Assembly: GCF_009914755.1 (NCBI RefSeq)
Contig: NC_060928.1
Source of the DNA: the human T2T-CHM13v2.0 reference genome, Homo sapiens
Length of the DNA stretch: 64,000 bases
Reading direction: 5' to 3' (one strand)
Part shown: positions 39,985 through 57,279 of the stretch, piece by piece
Position numbering within the stretch: the first letter of the stretch is position 1
Layout of the letters: every line of letters begins with the position of its first letter
The notes under the pieces: generated by a model
The model's database searches: none
Told to the model about the DNA's origin: nothing
Seen by the model: the letters and a program-made list of their open reading frames with translations, nothing else
Program-made: the position numbers and the translations under genes

Positions 39985-40773
39985 ACCCCAGTGAATGCCC
40001 ATTGGTAACACCATCATTCCTCTCATTTGTCCCACTGCAGCCAGCAAAGCTTTTGCTGTCTCTTTATGTCACATACATCATCTACCCAGCTTTTTTATAC
40101 AAAAGGAATATTTGTTTGAAATAGATATTGTGTCTCATTTTCTTATGAAATTTAGTTTTATGTTACTCTTTTTGCAGAATGAAAGTATAAACTTAATATA
40201 AATAACAGTGTTTGGGAGAAAGGTTAATGAAGCTATGAAGCCTAACAATAAGAAGACAAAAAACCATTTATAATGTCAGGTTAATATTATTTTTTAAGTT
40301 CTTTGTATTTATATGCTAGAAGAGTGTAAAGAGAAAAATGAAAAATTAATCACTGAAGTGTGTACTGAAGAGTAATGTTGGCATGAAAAGACTTACTCGA
40401 TTTTTTCCATATATGTTTGGATATTGAGGATGATTTATATGGGTTATAGATTACTAATGGCTTAGAGGTTAACATTACATCAAGCCAGTTTGTTTGTTTA
40501 TTTATTTATTTATTTATTTATTCTCTCTCTCTCTGTCTCTTTCTCTCTATAAAATCAAATGTACTTTATACTCATCTTATCCAAATAAATACTTGCTTTT
40601 GCTTCACACTTACCTTCTGTTCTCATAAAAAAACAAATGAGACAAAAAGAACCTCTGCTTAATAGTAGGTCACTTCTCTAAAAGTCTAGTTATAGAAAAG
40701 CCTATGGGTGTAGAAAACGATGGTTAAGAGCTAACAGAACATTAGCTCAACTTATTCAAAGATTTTTAAGCCA
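39985..40773 (-). pseudogene. ZPAX copy B ZP-N exon relics (~40773-40290 with an internal microsatellite; ~40240-39985)
   Basis: SFCLICFFMRTEGKC; SCQHYSS..FSFFSLHS; PNTVIYIKFILSF ~ STTMTYENDVLYF; AAVGQMRGMM ~ PGIGQLALIM (remembered). Confidence 0.5.
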
Positions 40774-41429
40774 CTAGGAAGAGAAGTTTACTATCTATGG
40801 AGAAATAGGAAAGCAACAGTTCCTTAAGAATAGATTCTTCATGACATCATCGATTATAAAATGAATATAGGAATGAATGGCCTGCATGTTTTATTATGTT
40901 AAATATGCAGTGAAATTCTAGAGAATATCTTAAACTGTAAACTGACAAAGATTATATTAAAATATATTTTACTCAGTTAAAAATTATAAAATGTTGAAAT
41001 AAATTTTTATATAAGCTCTTCTCTTTTTGTAAAAGTTTTCTAAAACATATATATACTCATATATACATACATACATATATGTATACATATATATGTGTGT
41101 GTGTGTGTGTGTGTATATATAGTTTGACTTGGTTGAGATGTTTTAGAAAAAGGAAAAAAAGTCTACTTACTTCAACAATTGAGAACCATAGTTTAGTAAA
41201 GTGCTTTACATATTAATTTAAGAAAAGGCCATCAACGTGGCAATTTTTCTTATCACGCATCTCACAATTAGCAGCTAGAATTTATTTACTAGATCATAAC
41301 ATTTAAAATGCAAATATATTGATGTGAATGCTACAATTAGAAATTGTTTGATTTCAGGTATATATATTTTGTCCTGAATCTTAAGTTATGGATTTCATAT
41401 CATGAGCCTTCATTACTAATTATTCAGTG

Positions 41430-41660
41430 TACTTGCTGCTCAAAATAAACATTTGTCAAGCAGAATAAAGGGCACATGGTTAAGGGTAAATACTTGTTAT
41501 CTTTTCTTATTTCCTTCAGAAGTTGCCTATAGTTTTGTAGTGGAAATGTAACGTGTAGAGCCTTCTGCTGGTTTCCATTTTCCTCTCTTGGACTTTCTGT
41601 TCTTGTTTTCATAAATATTTTCATAAATATTTTTAATGTGATGTTCTTGAAAATAAGAAG
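41430..41660 (-). pseudogene. ZPAX copy B exon relic
   Basis: ORF-track peptide 41424-41624 ends KDNKYLPLTMCPLFCLTNVYFE ~ DNGTHLAISVPFLSPHVNYE (remembered). Confidence 0.55.
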
Positions 41661-41853
41661 GAATAAAAAATCTTCTGATTATGAAGAACTGATCAGTTGA
41701 GAGGAATTTTAGAGCAATTACTTGAAAAGTGTTGGATTTTGCTTTCTGAACTATGATTGAAGCATTATCTTCTTCTAGCTTTACATATTTTAAATTGAAA
41801 TATGAAAATCATTCCCAGTTTATTGAATTTTAACAGTATTATTCTGATATATA

Positions 41854-41887
<34 letters not shown>

Positions 41888-42169
41888 GTTTGGCTAGGTT
41901 ATAACTTAGAAAATAAAGTTACTCAAAGTATAGGTCAAGAGCTCAATAACATGTCATAAAGCAACAACTTCATGAGCTTATGAAGTAATGCTACAGATAA
42001 GCAGCAATATGTAGAAAGGGCACAAAGGAATAAATGTGCCCTTAACTATACTTTTCTCCCCTTCATTTCAAAGCAGAAGTACAAGAAGGAATACCTAAAG
42101 TTTACAATTCAGACTGTTTTCTATCTGATTTTATAATATTATCCTTTCTCAAAAAACAATTGTATATTT

Positions 42170-42500
42170 TCTTTCAGACCCTAGCTTCCCAATTATATTT
42201 AACAAAAATAATGGCAAATATATATTTTCATAGATGGGCCTCTCTGAGGACCCTGAATAGATCTAGGAACATAATCTGCCTTACTCAGCCTCTGGATCAT
42301 TTGCAGTTAAACAACTGCATAAAAAGGGTGCATGCCTCCATTAACCAGGCACTCTGTGTTTTCTGAAATTACATTTTGCCACTTAAAATTTTGTAAAGCC
42401 AATGTTCAATAACACTGTCTCCAGAATATCAGAAATGAGCACTTTCAGTGAATCCTCAGTTACACTGAAAAGGTCCTAGATTTTTTTCATGCCAACTAAG
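42170..42500 (-). pseudogene. ZPAX copy B exon relic
   Basis: DLFSVT..LISDI..F*VAKCNFRKHRV / VNGGMHPFYAVV / ANDP / DYV resembles RVFSV.LGTFLPDV..LTVAECNARGFNV..NGTKTFSLQVPFSDP (remembered). Confidence 0.65.
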
Positions 42501-43189
42501 TATATCCTTTCAAATCTTAACCACTGTAATTGACACATCAGGCTCTCATATAGTCACTGTTATTAACCAATAGCTTATTTTAGGAAGATAATATTTGTAC
42601 TCAATGTCAACTCACTGTTTATAAATCAGAATGTTTAATGCCCGCTAAATGGAAATTCCTTGAGGACAGGAAACATATTTCCTTTTTGTCTTTCTTTCCT
42701 TTTGTCCTTTCCCTTTCTGTTCACATAGAGTAGGTACTGGATTAATATTGGAAACCAAGAAAAAATAAATCAAAGAATGAATAAGTGAATTCTGTTCCAT
42801 AACATTTGATCTTCCCTAAGCCCAAACAGTTTGCTTGTAACTGTTCCCAGTTTAAACCAATCCTTGTTATAGTAGTGAGAAATTCACATCCTTCTAGCTA
42901 TACTTATATCACTGTATATTCTTCATGAGCACACTGAGGGATTATTATAAATCAGTTATCCCTTGAACAATTGTTTTCTGTAAAGCGAGCCCTCAATATC
43001 TAAAACAAAACAAAACAAAAGCTGTGCTTGCCTGCTTGACTAAAATTAATTAAATGTACTTGCCTTATTCACCAAAATGTTCATTGAGATCTGTGTTCAC
43101 AATGGTTGGGAGGCAAGGGAGAGGCTGCATTTGAGATTCCTTATTTGGTTTTCTCTCTTCTACTCTCCCATGTTGTCTTACTCTGTGTT

Positions 43190-43607
43190 TATTCTCCTTG
43201 TTTTCATGATGGATAATTCAGGGAGGGCTAGGTATCAAACAGATAACATTCATTGCTATGAAACTTTTTGCATTACTCATAGCATTCATCATTTTTTACT
43301 TATATGTTATTATTTACTTCCTGGCATTAATATTTAAAAAGGAATTTGCTAGAATGTATTATTACTACTGGTCACTGTTATCTATGCAAACAGCTGCTAC
43401 AGCTTGATGGGGAAAGAAAACACAAAGGTTATCTATCATGACCTTGCCACACACATATAGGTGGTTTACTTCATCATTGTCACTCCTGAGGGTGACTACT
43501 GTGACAGAAACTGCTTACCTAAGAGATTTTCTAACAGCATGGCATTTAGCGAATTCTGCACCCCAACTGTATAACGAGAATAGTAGCATTCATAACCCTT
43601 TGTAATC
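43190..43607 (-). pseudogene. ZPAX copy B: two exon relics (43607-43519 and 43402-~43190)
   Basis: 89-nt exon with tattctttttag|G and TAG|gtaagc; next acceptor ttttctttccccatcaag|C; NNTF*QIP ~ NKTVTWTIP. Confidence 0.5.
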
Positions 43608-43739
43608 CTAAAAAGAATATCAAGGAACCAAAGACATCCACAAAGGAAGAAGAGCTTCTAAAAACAAGAAATGAAAACTGAAGAAAAATCTACAGTAGCA
43701 GTTCACTGAGCACTACCTTGAGTAAATACAAAATACAAA

Positions 43740-45560
43740 ATCTAATACTATAAAATAATTGAATGACAATTTTTTTATATTTACCGTACCAAGCAGTTTA
43801 TTTTAAAAATCAGGAAAATATCTAGGAATAAAGCTAACAAAATGTAATATATAAGACAGTTTATTTTAAAAAATTTAAATTTTACTGCTTATTTCAAGAA
43901 ATTAAATAATATCTTAAGAAATGTAATAATATGTTAATAGAAAGACTCAGTGCTGTAAAAATATCAACTCTATAGAGTCAATGTAATTTCAATCAGAATA
44001 TCAGTTGGAATGTGAGTGTGTTTATGTGTATGTAAATTGATAAGCTAATTCTAACATTTATACAAAAATGCAAATGTCCAGGAAACATCAAGGCATTCTT
44101 GAAGAATAAAATTGAAAGATTGATATTGCCATCTAACAAAGCAATAATAATTAAACATCATAGTCTTGGCACAAAGATAAAAAATAGATCAGTAAAAAAA
44201 TAGATTTGAAAAGGAGTTCTACGTATATACAGACACCAGATGATTGATAAAGGTGACACCACGGCACAATATAGAAAATATACTCTTTTCACAAATGACT
44301 TTTTTTTAGGTATTTGCATTTTTAAAAACAATATTGACGTTTCCACACACCATTCAGAAAACAAGTTATGCGTGAATTGCTGGTCTAAATGTAAAAGGTA
44401 AATGATAAAGTCCATGGAAGACATTATGGGAAGACAATTTCATGACCTGGAGTATACTTTTTAACAGAATATAAAACAATGCAAACCATAAGGAAAGAAA
44501 ACTGTTTTAATTGACTTACATTATTGTGAAGAATGTCTGTTCAAAAGACACAAGAAAATAAATGAAATGAAAACCACAGAATGGGGGAAGATATTTGCAA
44601 TACATATATCTGGTAACAGACTCATACTCAGAATATATAGAGAAGTAACACAAATCTTAGATAAAAAGAAATACCTGTAGAAAAATAGGCCAACAATTTA
44701 TATAGACACTTTATAAAATGGAATATGTAACTGTTCAGTAAATATATTTAAAATGCCTATTTTTTTGTTTTTTTAATTTTTTTCTCAGAAATCCCAATTC
44801 TGAATAAAATACTCACATTTATTTGTCATCAAGGATACATAAATTAAAATCACCACCAGAAATAGCTAAAATACTAGCCTCTGACAATTTCAAGCGTTGG
44901 TGAGACTATGGAGCAACCAGAACTCTCTAATAATGTTAGTGGGAATATAAATGGTACAACCACTTTGGAAAGCTGCCACTATCTGCTAAAACCAAACATA
45001 TGCATAATTTTGACCGAGTAACTCCTCCTCTAGTTATAAAGTACATACTCAGTAGATATGCATTGTGTACACACACACACACACACCACTCACTAAGTGT
45101 ATAAGAATATTAATAGCAGCATAATTAGTAACACAAAATCTAGAAGCTTTCCAAATGTCTATCAAATGTCCATCAAGAGTTGATTGGATACATAAATTGT
45201 GGTATACTCAGAAAGTAAACTATTATATGTAATAAAAATAAAGATGCTTCAACTATACAAAAGATATAAATAAATATTATAAATCTGAGCAGAAGAAAGA
45301 CATTAAAGAGTAAATACTGTATTAGTTCATTTATATAACATGCAAAAGCCGGCTGTTAGAAATTAGGATAGACCAATTATCACCTCAGGAGAGGAGTTTT
45401 TAAACCAGTTCAAGGGAGTCTTCTGTGGTGATGAAGATATTTGATTTCTGGATCTTGGTGCTGGTTACACATATTGGTTTATTTATTATAAATTCATCAA
45501 ACTATATATGCATGAATTTATACTCTTTTTATGTATGTATGTTATACATCAAATTTTTTT
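43740..45560 (+). mobile_element. Ancient L1M ORF2 3' part and 3' UTR
   Basis: gataagctaattctaacatttata, gaagatatttgcaatacatatatctg, aatggtacaaccactttggaaa. Confidence 0.75.
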
Positions 45561-45699
45561 AGTTTTTTCCCCCTAGATGGCAGATTGAAGGCTTTGTTTT
45601 CATGCCTCACCCACTTAGAAAGAGCAAAATAGTGTGTAGAGATTCATACTGTGAATTTTTATCCAAGAAGGAACACAGGAGCTTGATTAAAAAAAAAAT

Positions 45700-45771
45700 G
45701 TGACCTCGTGATCCACCTGCTTTGGCCTCCCAAAGTGCTGGGATTACAGGCGTGAGCCACCGCGCCCGGCC
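45700..45771 (-). mobile_element. Alu 5' fragment
   Basis: tgacctcgtgatccacc..gagccaccgcgcccggcc. Confidence 0.85.
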
Positions 45772-45984
45772 AGAAACTTTACATACTTTTAAAGGAGCTG
45801 TGGGCAACAGCCCAGGCTGCGGCCCTGCCAAAAAACTGTCAGTCTTCAGCGTGTGGAAAGGGAGAGAGACTTTCTCTGTGGTGTATATTTCCACTGAGAA
45901 GCTGGGCAATCCAGGCCTCAGGGAGTCTCCTGGACCCTACCCAGTTCTGGATCTGACTTGGTGTCAGAATTAAAATTAAAAGAA

Positions 45985-48615
<2,631 letters not shown>

Positions 48616-48616
48616 A

Positions 48617-48923
<307 letters not shown>

Positions 48924-49271
48924 TTAAAAATAAAATACAATGAAAGGTAATGACACTAAAATAAAGATTTGGAAAATTTTCCTAAGGCTTATTAACATGT
49001 AATTTTTAAAAATGTACATATGTTGATTTAGAAAAATGCATATTGTATGAAGTGAACCATAGCTACATGAAGTAAACTAAGTGGTGACAGTAGTCGGTGT
49101 GAATTGAAATATTCCTTGGGATATACAGATACTTCTCTAATATGTGAGAGGTTCTGCAGATTTGGTGTGTGCCGAAGTGTTATTATGCTTCCTGTTTCAC
49201 CTCTTGGCCCTTTCCTCTACCCTATTTCTATTAATGATACCACTCTTTCTCCATTCAGCATCATTGACCCT

Positions 49272-49279
<8 letters not shown>

Positions 49280-49305
<26 letters not shown>

Positions 49306-49576
49306 GAGATGGAGTCTCGCTCTGTCGCCCCAGGCTGCTCGATCTCCGCTCATTGCAAGCTCCACCTCCTGGGTTCAGGCCATTCTCCTGCCTCAGCCTC
49401 CCGTGTAGCTGGGACTACAGGCGCCCGCCACCATGCCCGGTTAATTTTTTGTATTTTTAGTAGAGACGGGGTTTCATCGTGTTAGCCAGGATGGTCTCGA
49501 TCTCCTGACCTCGTGATCTGCCCACCTCGGCCTCCCAAAGTTCTAGGATTATAGGCGTGAGCCACCGCGCCCAGCC
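49280..49576 (-). mobile_element. AluY with a small internal deletion
   Basis: Long T tract; TSD ctctgtcctcttttt on both sides. Confidence 0.93.
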
Positions 49577-50289
49577 TCTGTCCTCTTTTTGAATATGATA
49601 GTACATTATTGAACTGCCTTCATTTTTAGTCATTTAGTTGCTGAGTTCTGTTAACTGTACCTTGTGATGTCTTTGACTACCCTTATGCCACTACCACCAT
49701 TCCTAGTACTATTGTCTTGCCGCACACTCTCATTGGAATAGGCTCTTATTTTGTCTTGAACACTACTGCCAGATTATGTTTTATGAAGCATAGGTTAAAT
49801 CATATCACCTCTCTAAATAAAATAAAGTAGACGTTTTTGATTATTACCTTTTGTTAGCAAAACTGTAATCAATTTGAACCATTTTCTGTATCCTAAGCAA
49901 GCTTCTTACTTTCCCATCTCTGTTTTCTCTGTGCTTGTTTTTTTATCTAGAAGATTATTCATAACGTAACTTATTCATATTTACTAATAACCATTTAACT
50001 TAATTTCTATACTTCATGATTTGTATTTATCAACCAGAATCACTATCACAACTTCATGTTCTTTCCACTCACTTTGCAGCAATTTTCTTCTTTATGACTT
50101 ATAATTCATTCTGCCTTTTTCTGCTACTTGCATATTTATCCCTACTCTTCCTCTAGATGGGCATGTATTACAAGATAAGAAAGGATTTCCAATTTTTAAA
50201 ATGTAAATCTAGATTTCCCTTGTTTGAACTCATACATACTTCACCAGATATCTCTGATTCTCTGGACTAGATATTTCAAGTTCATTTGT

Positions 50290-51080
50290 TTTTCTTTTTT
50301 AAATAAATTTTAGGATCAGGGGTACATGTGCAGGTTTGTTATAAGGTAAATTGTGTGTCATGGGTGTTGGGTGCACAGATAATTTTGTTGCACAGGTGAT
50401 AAGCATGGGACCCGATAGGTAGTTTTCTGATCCTCAGCCTCCTTCCCACCTCAACCCTCAAGTAGGCCCTGGTGTCTGTTGCTTCCTTGTTTATATCCAC
50501 ACGTACTCAATGTTTAGCTCCTACTTACAAGTGAGAACATGCAGTGTTTGGGTTTCTGTTCCTGTGTTAGTTTACTTGGGTCAGTGGCCTCCAGCTCCAT
50601 CCATATTGCTGCAAAGAATGTGATCTTTTTCCTTTTTCTGGCTGCATAGTATTCCATGGTGTATATGTACCACATTTTCTTTATCCAGTCCACTGTTGAT
50701 GGGCATTTAAGTTGATTCCATGTCTTTGTTATTGTGAATAGTGCTGCAATGAACATAGGCATGCATGTATCTTTATTGTAGAATGATTTATATTCCTTTG
50801 GGTATATACCTAATAATGGGATTACTGGGTCGAATAGTAGTTGTGAGCTCTTTGAGAAACCACCCAACTGCTTTCCACAATGGCTGAATTAATTTACACT
50901 CCCATCAGCAGTGTATAAGCATTCCCTTTTCTTCACAACCTCATCTGCATCTGTTATGTTTTGACTTTTTAATAATAGCCATTTTGACTGATGTAACATG
51001 GTATCTCATCATAGTTTTGATTTGTATTTCTCTAATGATTAGTGATGTTGAGCACTTTTTAATATACTTGTTGGCCGTGT
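50290..51080 (-). mobile_element. Older L1PA (about PA13-16) 3' end
   Basis: ORF 50514-50867 is ORF2p C-terminal-like; ggggtacatgtgcaggtttgtt 3' UTR. Confidence 0.85.
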
Positions 51081-51232
51081 ATTTCTTTCTGTTTAATATT
51101 TTCTGTTGTTACTTGCCTTCTTGTTACTCAACAGTTTTTCAATCTTCTCAGTATGTTATTTTCCTTTACAATAAATGCTTCCAACTGAATGCCATACTTT
51201 GACTCTATGTTGAATTGCATTAAGAACTGCTG

Positions 51233-51576
<344 letters not shown>

Positions 51577-54164
51577 TTACTATTAATAAAATCGTTAACT
51601 TTATCATTTTATAAATAGGCTATTTTGATCCCTAAGTAATAATTACAAGATAGTTCTTCATCCATGTGAAGATAATAGACATATATTATCCCTTTCCTTG
51701 TTAAATAGATTTTTGTCTAATCTTTAAAAAGAGACTTATACAAAGATAAACATGTCTCTACTCATTGAGCTAAAGTCTAGTCCAGCAGTCATTTTCAACC
51801 TTGCTGCCATTGATTCCATCATTCAACATGTTAGCTATTATTTCAAATTTAATATTGTGATATACTTGCATTTTCTATCTTGATCTAAGTACTTGATTAA
51901 ACTATAGATTAAGATAGGGCCAAATACAGAGCCCTTGATTTCAGTTTTTTTATTGTCATTAGGTAACGTCTTTTTAATAAATCTATGACTACCAACCCTC
52001 AAATATTCATAATAGCTATTTATTTTTAGGGAAAACCTTACCAGCAAATTTAATATAGTATGTTTATACAAAATGTCTACATTTTTTTTATTCAAAAACC
52101 CTAAAGAAAAAGAAGTAATTTTCTTTATAGCTTGAATGAATGATATTTAGAATCTAGTTATACTTTATTCACTAGTTAACCTTACAAACTATCTAAATAA
52201 TTTAATACAAATTAAAACAATATAAATATGTGACTGATATAAATCTTAGCAATTATACCTGGCCTTTACAATTTTTTTCTTTGAAAAAGCATGGTATTTG
52301 CCTATCTTAAATCTTCTGTCAAAGCTCTCATTTCCATGATTCTTCAAATACTAGTGGTATCTAGACCTGAAGTCACTTTTGCAAAATTTGCACCTCAATC
52401 TAACTCATCTCAGCTAGAGACCTGATTTATTTGAAGACTTGTGGTGAACTCTTACCAACTCCTCCTTAACCGTGAGTTGTACTTCCAAAACTATTGTTTT
52501 ATTCTTTCAGGTTGAAGATTATCTTCATAATTAGAAAAATATAGAAACTAAATAGAAAAGCACATTTTTTCCTTCTCTGCCATCTCTTAACATACAGATT
52601 ATCCACTAGACTTATCCATTTCTTAATTTTCTTTTATGTTTCAAGCAGAACTCAGAAAAAATGTTGTGCTTAGTTCTTGGTGTTTCATATACTAAACTTA
52701 ATAATTCTGAAAAATAATTTTGATATTTTGATTTTGTCTTATTTCTAGTGTTTCCATCATACTTTGTTCTTTCAAAGTGTATACTTTCATCAAACAACCC
52801 AACTGCTTTCTTTAAATACACACATACACACACACTCACACACACACCCATATTTTTAATTGTGATTTTGTTTATTCAAAATTTAGACATTTTGTTATTC
52901 TACAACTTTTTTAGTGATCACATTTCCTTTAAAGAAATGTGCAAACATTAAATATTCTTTACATTTTGAAATTCCGTTTTTTAACGTTTACTTCAATGAT
53001 CAAATTTATTGGTACAGACTCAAGAAATATGATCAGAATCAAGTTTATGACCTTGTGTGACACCCGGGGTTGGAAGACATGGATGGCCTGTACACTGAAT
53101 GTCTTCTGAGGAAGAGATTTATTTATTTCCTTACAGCCACTTTTCCAAGTAATTGGAATATATCAAAGAACATGACAGACAAGTTCCTGCTCTCATGCAA
53201 CTTAGATTTAGATGCCCTAAGGCAACCATATGATGAAGGTTTCACAGAGTAGAGTGTTTCAGTAGTAACTTATTTCTTTAGAATTTAACAGAGAAGCATC
53301 CTTCCCAACCAAGCAATTTATTGATATTGATCAATTATTTTATGTAGTATATTTCAAGGTATGTCCTGAACTATTAATCAAATGCCATGTGAGTGTTTTA
53401 ATTAAATATAAAAATTAACTAGCTTTCCAAATAATATTATAATTCAGATAAAGGGATTTTTTTAGAGCCATTTGCTCATATTTAGATCCAATTGAATAAA
53501 ATTCCCATGCCACTTAAATCACACGTCACCAAACAAATTTTCGTAGAAATGTTCCTAACAAGTTTAGTTCTCTGGGATGCCTCAAAGATAATTTAATTAT
53601 ATATGAATTCAAAAGAATAGCAAAGGTAAACATAATTAAGAGAGAAAATATTCACTGTGGATAGTTTTGGGTCAACTATGGAACATTATTTATAAAATGA
53701 ATAAATATTTGTATAACGACATGCATTGAAGTATTAAATAATTTATTATCCCTATTGATTTATTTCACATAAGTGGTAGATATTGACGAGTTAGTTATTA
53801 ACAGTTTTGAATCCTTTTGCTCTTCTCGGGAGATTGAGGCTTCTGTAAACTGAGATATAGAAATTAAGAGAGATCAGGCAGAATAAAATATTCTCAAATG
53901 AATGAGTATAGGCTTTTAGTTTTCAAGTGCCTTTGCAACACATAAAGCTTTCCAAATTAGGAAATTATGCAAGCATGCATATGTCATGCATCCTTTAACA
54001 TAAATGTAACCAGAATGATTTGATTTGTATTGAAATATTATTAAAATTTGATTAAAATTATCTGAGGCAATTTATTGCTCTAATAGTTTTAAGATCCTAT
54101 TTGTTAAAATATACTTCTTCTGAGGAATTAATTTAATTTTCAACCTAATAGTTCATTTCATTAA

Positions 54165-55132
54165 TTACTTTATCTTCAAAACCGAAGTTCTTTTGTAAAC
54201 ATGCTGATAAGATCGTGTTCAGAAGCTCAGACTAGTTTGTGGACAATAATTCCTATCATACTTTATAAACTGAGTTATTACCACATTTACATTTAAAATA
54301 TTAAAACACAGTGCTTCAGTGCTAATTTTCATAAAACAGAATAAAACTAGTTTTTATTGATCCTTTGTTAATAGTTTTCAATTTTTATGTTTTGTATTTT
54401 TTAAGCCCTTATAAAGTACTGTAAGCACATTTATAAAAAGTCAGACATCTTTTATATTCTTCAGATTAGCCTCAGAAACTTCCACAATCTTTCTGAAGAA
54501 ATATTTGTCATCAGAAGTTACTAAGTTTTAAACTTTTTTTTTTTCCGGTAAAATCATAGTTACTATTTCATTTAAGGGTTTTTAGTTTTGTTTTGTTTCT
54601 CCTATTGATTGATTTAATGTAGTGATTTCCAATCACATACTGTTATGATAGTCTTATTAAAGTATAAATTAAAAAAATATAAATCACAATGTAAACTAGA
54701 AATAGCAAATTTGTAAAAGACATAGTAGTCATAGTGTATATAAAATGTTACATTGTTACTGGAACTTGAGAGTGATTAATGTGGCTTTTGTTTTCATTTG
54801 TATGGCTTTGTTTAAATTTCATATTACAATTTTTGTTTAATAACTATTTAACCTTTTGAAATATATATTTGACAAGTAAAATTATTTTACTGGCAATTTA
54901 TAAACTAGACTATTTTGGGTTTGAACAAGTATATTTTTTTCATAAATTTGTATGTAATTATGCAAACAAGTACACATAGTTTTAAAAAAGTTGCTAATGC
55001 CTTTTAGACAGAACTCTCAATTTATTATAGTTCCTTTTAATTTACAAATGTTTTACATGAAGTATATTACTTTATTCTCCCAAAAGCCTCATGTATATCT
55101 TCTTCTTGTAGGTTTTACAAAGGTAGGAGAAC
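54165..55132 (-). pseudogene. ZPAX copy B 5' exon relics (first ZP-N domain: ~55132-55050, ~54560-54415, ~54322-54165)
   Basis: FWENKVIYF ~ YFEDKYLSF; DFTG..QKDCGSF..FYKC ~ DQSG..ASQCGYT..SC; SYQH/TKELRF/EDK ~ SYGPWSPRELICESN (remembered). Confidence 0.45.
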
Positions 55133-55419
55133 CTTAGGACTAATTATCGCATAGTAAAGCTTTTCTCGGGTTTCATTATTCCCACTCAGTCCAATGCTGC
55201 TTATTCTATATAACACTGTTCTTCTATATATGAAATTTAAAAAGGTTGGTGAGTGACCACAGTCTTGTAATATATTGGAGGATGACGTAGAAACCCTAAG
55301 TGATTTGGGTACTATATTTGCTTACTAAATTCAGCTCTGAGCTCTCCGAAATGAATCAGTGTAATATAATGTATCACGTCTTTTTTATTATCTATAAAAG
55401 TCAGTTAAAAACAAATATT

Positions 55420-55535
55420 TATCATAGAGATGGACTCTCTATATTGCCCCGGCTTGTCTCAAACTCCCGGCCTCAAGTGATCCTCCCTTCATGGCCTCCA
55501 AAAGCACTGGGATTTCAGGTGTGAGCCACCGCACA
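55420..55535 (-). mobile_element. FLAM/Alu monomer
   Basis: tagagatgga..cctcaagtgatcctccc..gtgagccaccgc. Confidence 0.8.
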
Positions 55536-55759
55536 TGTTGCCCCCCAAGAAAAATTTCTAAACATCAAGAAATATTCCTTATATTAATACATTTCTGATG
55601 TTAAACCATCCAAATAATTTTTTGAGAGATTTTTATATTAAGATAATTAATAAACAATATTAATATTTTTGATAACAAGTTTGTAAGGAATGTAAAAATG
55701 TACACAAAACTATTTTTGGGATATCTATACCATAGCACACGCAAAATAGATATATGAAA

Positions 55760-56390
55760 AGAGTCAGAGGTGAAAGTTACAAATGGACTCAACATTTCCT
55801 TATCAGCAAGGCTAACATTACTCTTCATGATGCTGCTTATTCAATCATCAGGAGCAGAGACTAGAGATGCGATCTTGCTATGGTGACATCTTTTAAGACA
55901 AGTCAGCCACTTGGTTGTATGATGACATCACACCTTTCTACTCTGGAGGAGTGGATAGTCTTTACTGGAATTAATACCTATGCTGGATGTGGATTTGTCT
56001 TTCCTTACTGCAATGCCACTTTTCTCATCACTACCCAAGTGATCTTACCGAATGATCAATTTATTGCAAGATATTTCACAAGGGATTTGTTCGAGACAAT
56101 TTTGTGAACCCCACTGATCTTCCTAGTTAATGAATTACCCTGATGCAATGAAATAGAACACTGAAATAGATTACTTAATATTCAGCTAAGAAGCCAGTGT
56201 TGAGTGCACCTGTCAGGGTGCACTATCCTTGAGGATGTAGCATTTACCTTTAACCAATGACACATATTCTGAGCTCACCCAACAGTTAGAATGCAGGTCT
56301 GTGAACATGGCTCTGATGGATTAGTGTTCTAAGGAGGAAAGCTGTCATTTTCCCACTAGGGTCTATAGTTGCATTCCCCAGTAGATGGTC
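55760..56390 (+). mobile_element. ERVL internal (integrase) fragment
   Basis: ORF 55880-56107 IVFTGINTYAGCGFVFPYCNAT resembles HERV-L integrase FVLTGIDTYSGYGFAYPARNAS. Confidence 0.7.
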
Positions 56391-56399
56391 TTGACACTT

Positions 56400-57262
56400 T
56401 TTTTTGTTTTTAAATTTTATTTTATTTTAAGGTCCGGGATATATGTGCAGAATGTACAGGTTTGTTACATAGGTAAACGTGTGCCATGGTGGTTTGCTGC
56501 AACTATCAACCCATCACCTAGGTATTAAGCCCCATGTGCATTAGCTATTTGCCCCTATGCTCTCCCTTCCCCTGCCCTGCCCCCACGACAGGCCCCAGTG
56601 TTTGTTGTTCCCCTCCTTGTGTCCATGTGTTTTCATTATTCAGCTTCCATTTATGAGTGAGAACGTGCGGTGTTTGGTTTTCTGTTCCTGTGTTAGTTTT
56701 CTGAGGATGATGGCTTCCAGCTTCATTCATGTCCCTGCAGAAGACATGATCTCATTCCATTTTGTGGCTGCATAGTATTCCACGGTGTATATGTACCATA
56801 TTTTCTTTATCCAGTCTATCACTGATGGGCATTTGGGTTGATTCCATGTCTTTGCTATTGTGAATAGTGCTGCAATAAACATATGTGTGCATGTATCTTT
56901 ATAATAGAATGATTTATAATCCTTTGGATATATACCCAGTAATGGGATTGCTGGGTCAAATGATATTTCTGGTTCTAGATCCTAGAGGAATCACCACACT
57001 GTCTTCCGCAATGGTTGAACTTATTTACATTCCCACCAACAGTGTAAAATCATTTCTATTTCTCCACAGCCTCGCCAGCATCTTTTGTTTCTTGACTTTT
57101 TAATAATTGCCATGCTGACTGGTATGAGATGGTGTCTCATTGTTGTTTTGATTTGCATTTCTCTAATGATCAGTGATGTTGAGCTTTTTTTCATGTTTGT
57201 TGGCCACGTAAATATCTTCTTTTGAAGAGTGTCTGTTCATGTCCTTTGCCCACTTTTTGATT
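56400..57262 (-). mobile_element. L1PA8-10-like 3' end
   Basis: atcaacccatcacctaggtattaagcccc 3' UTR plus the ORF2 end. Confidence 0.88.
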
Positions 57263-57279
57263 GAATAGGACTGGCCAAG

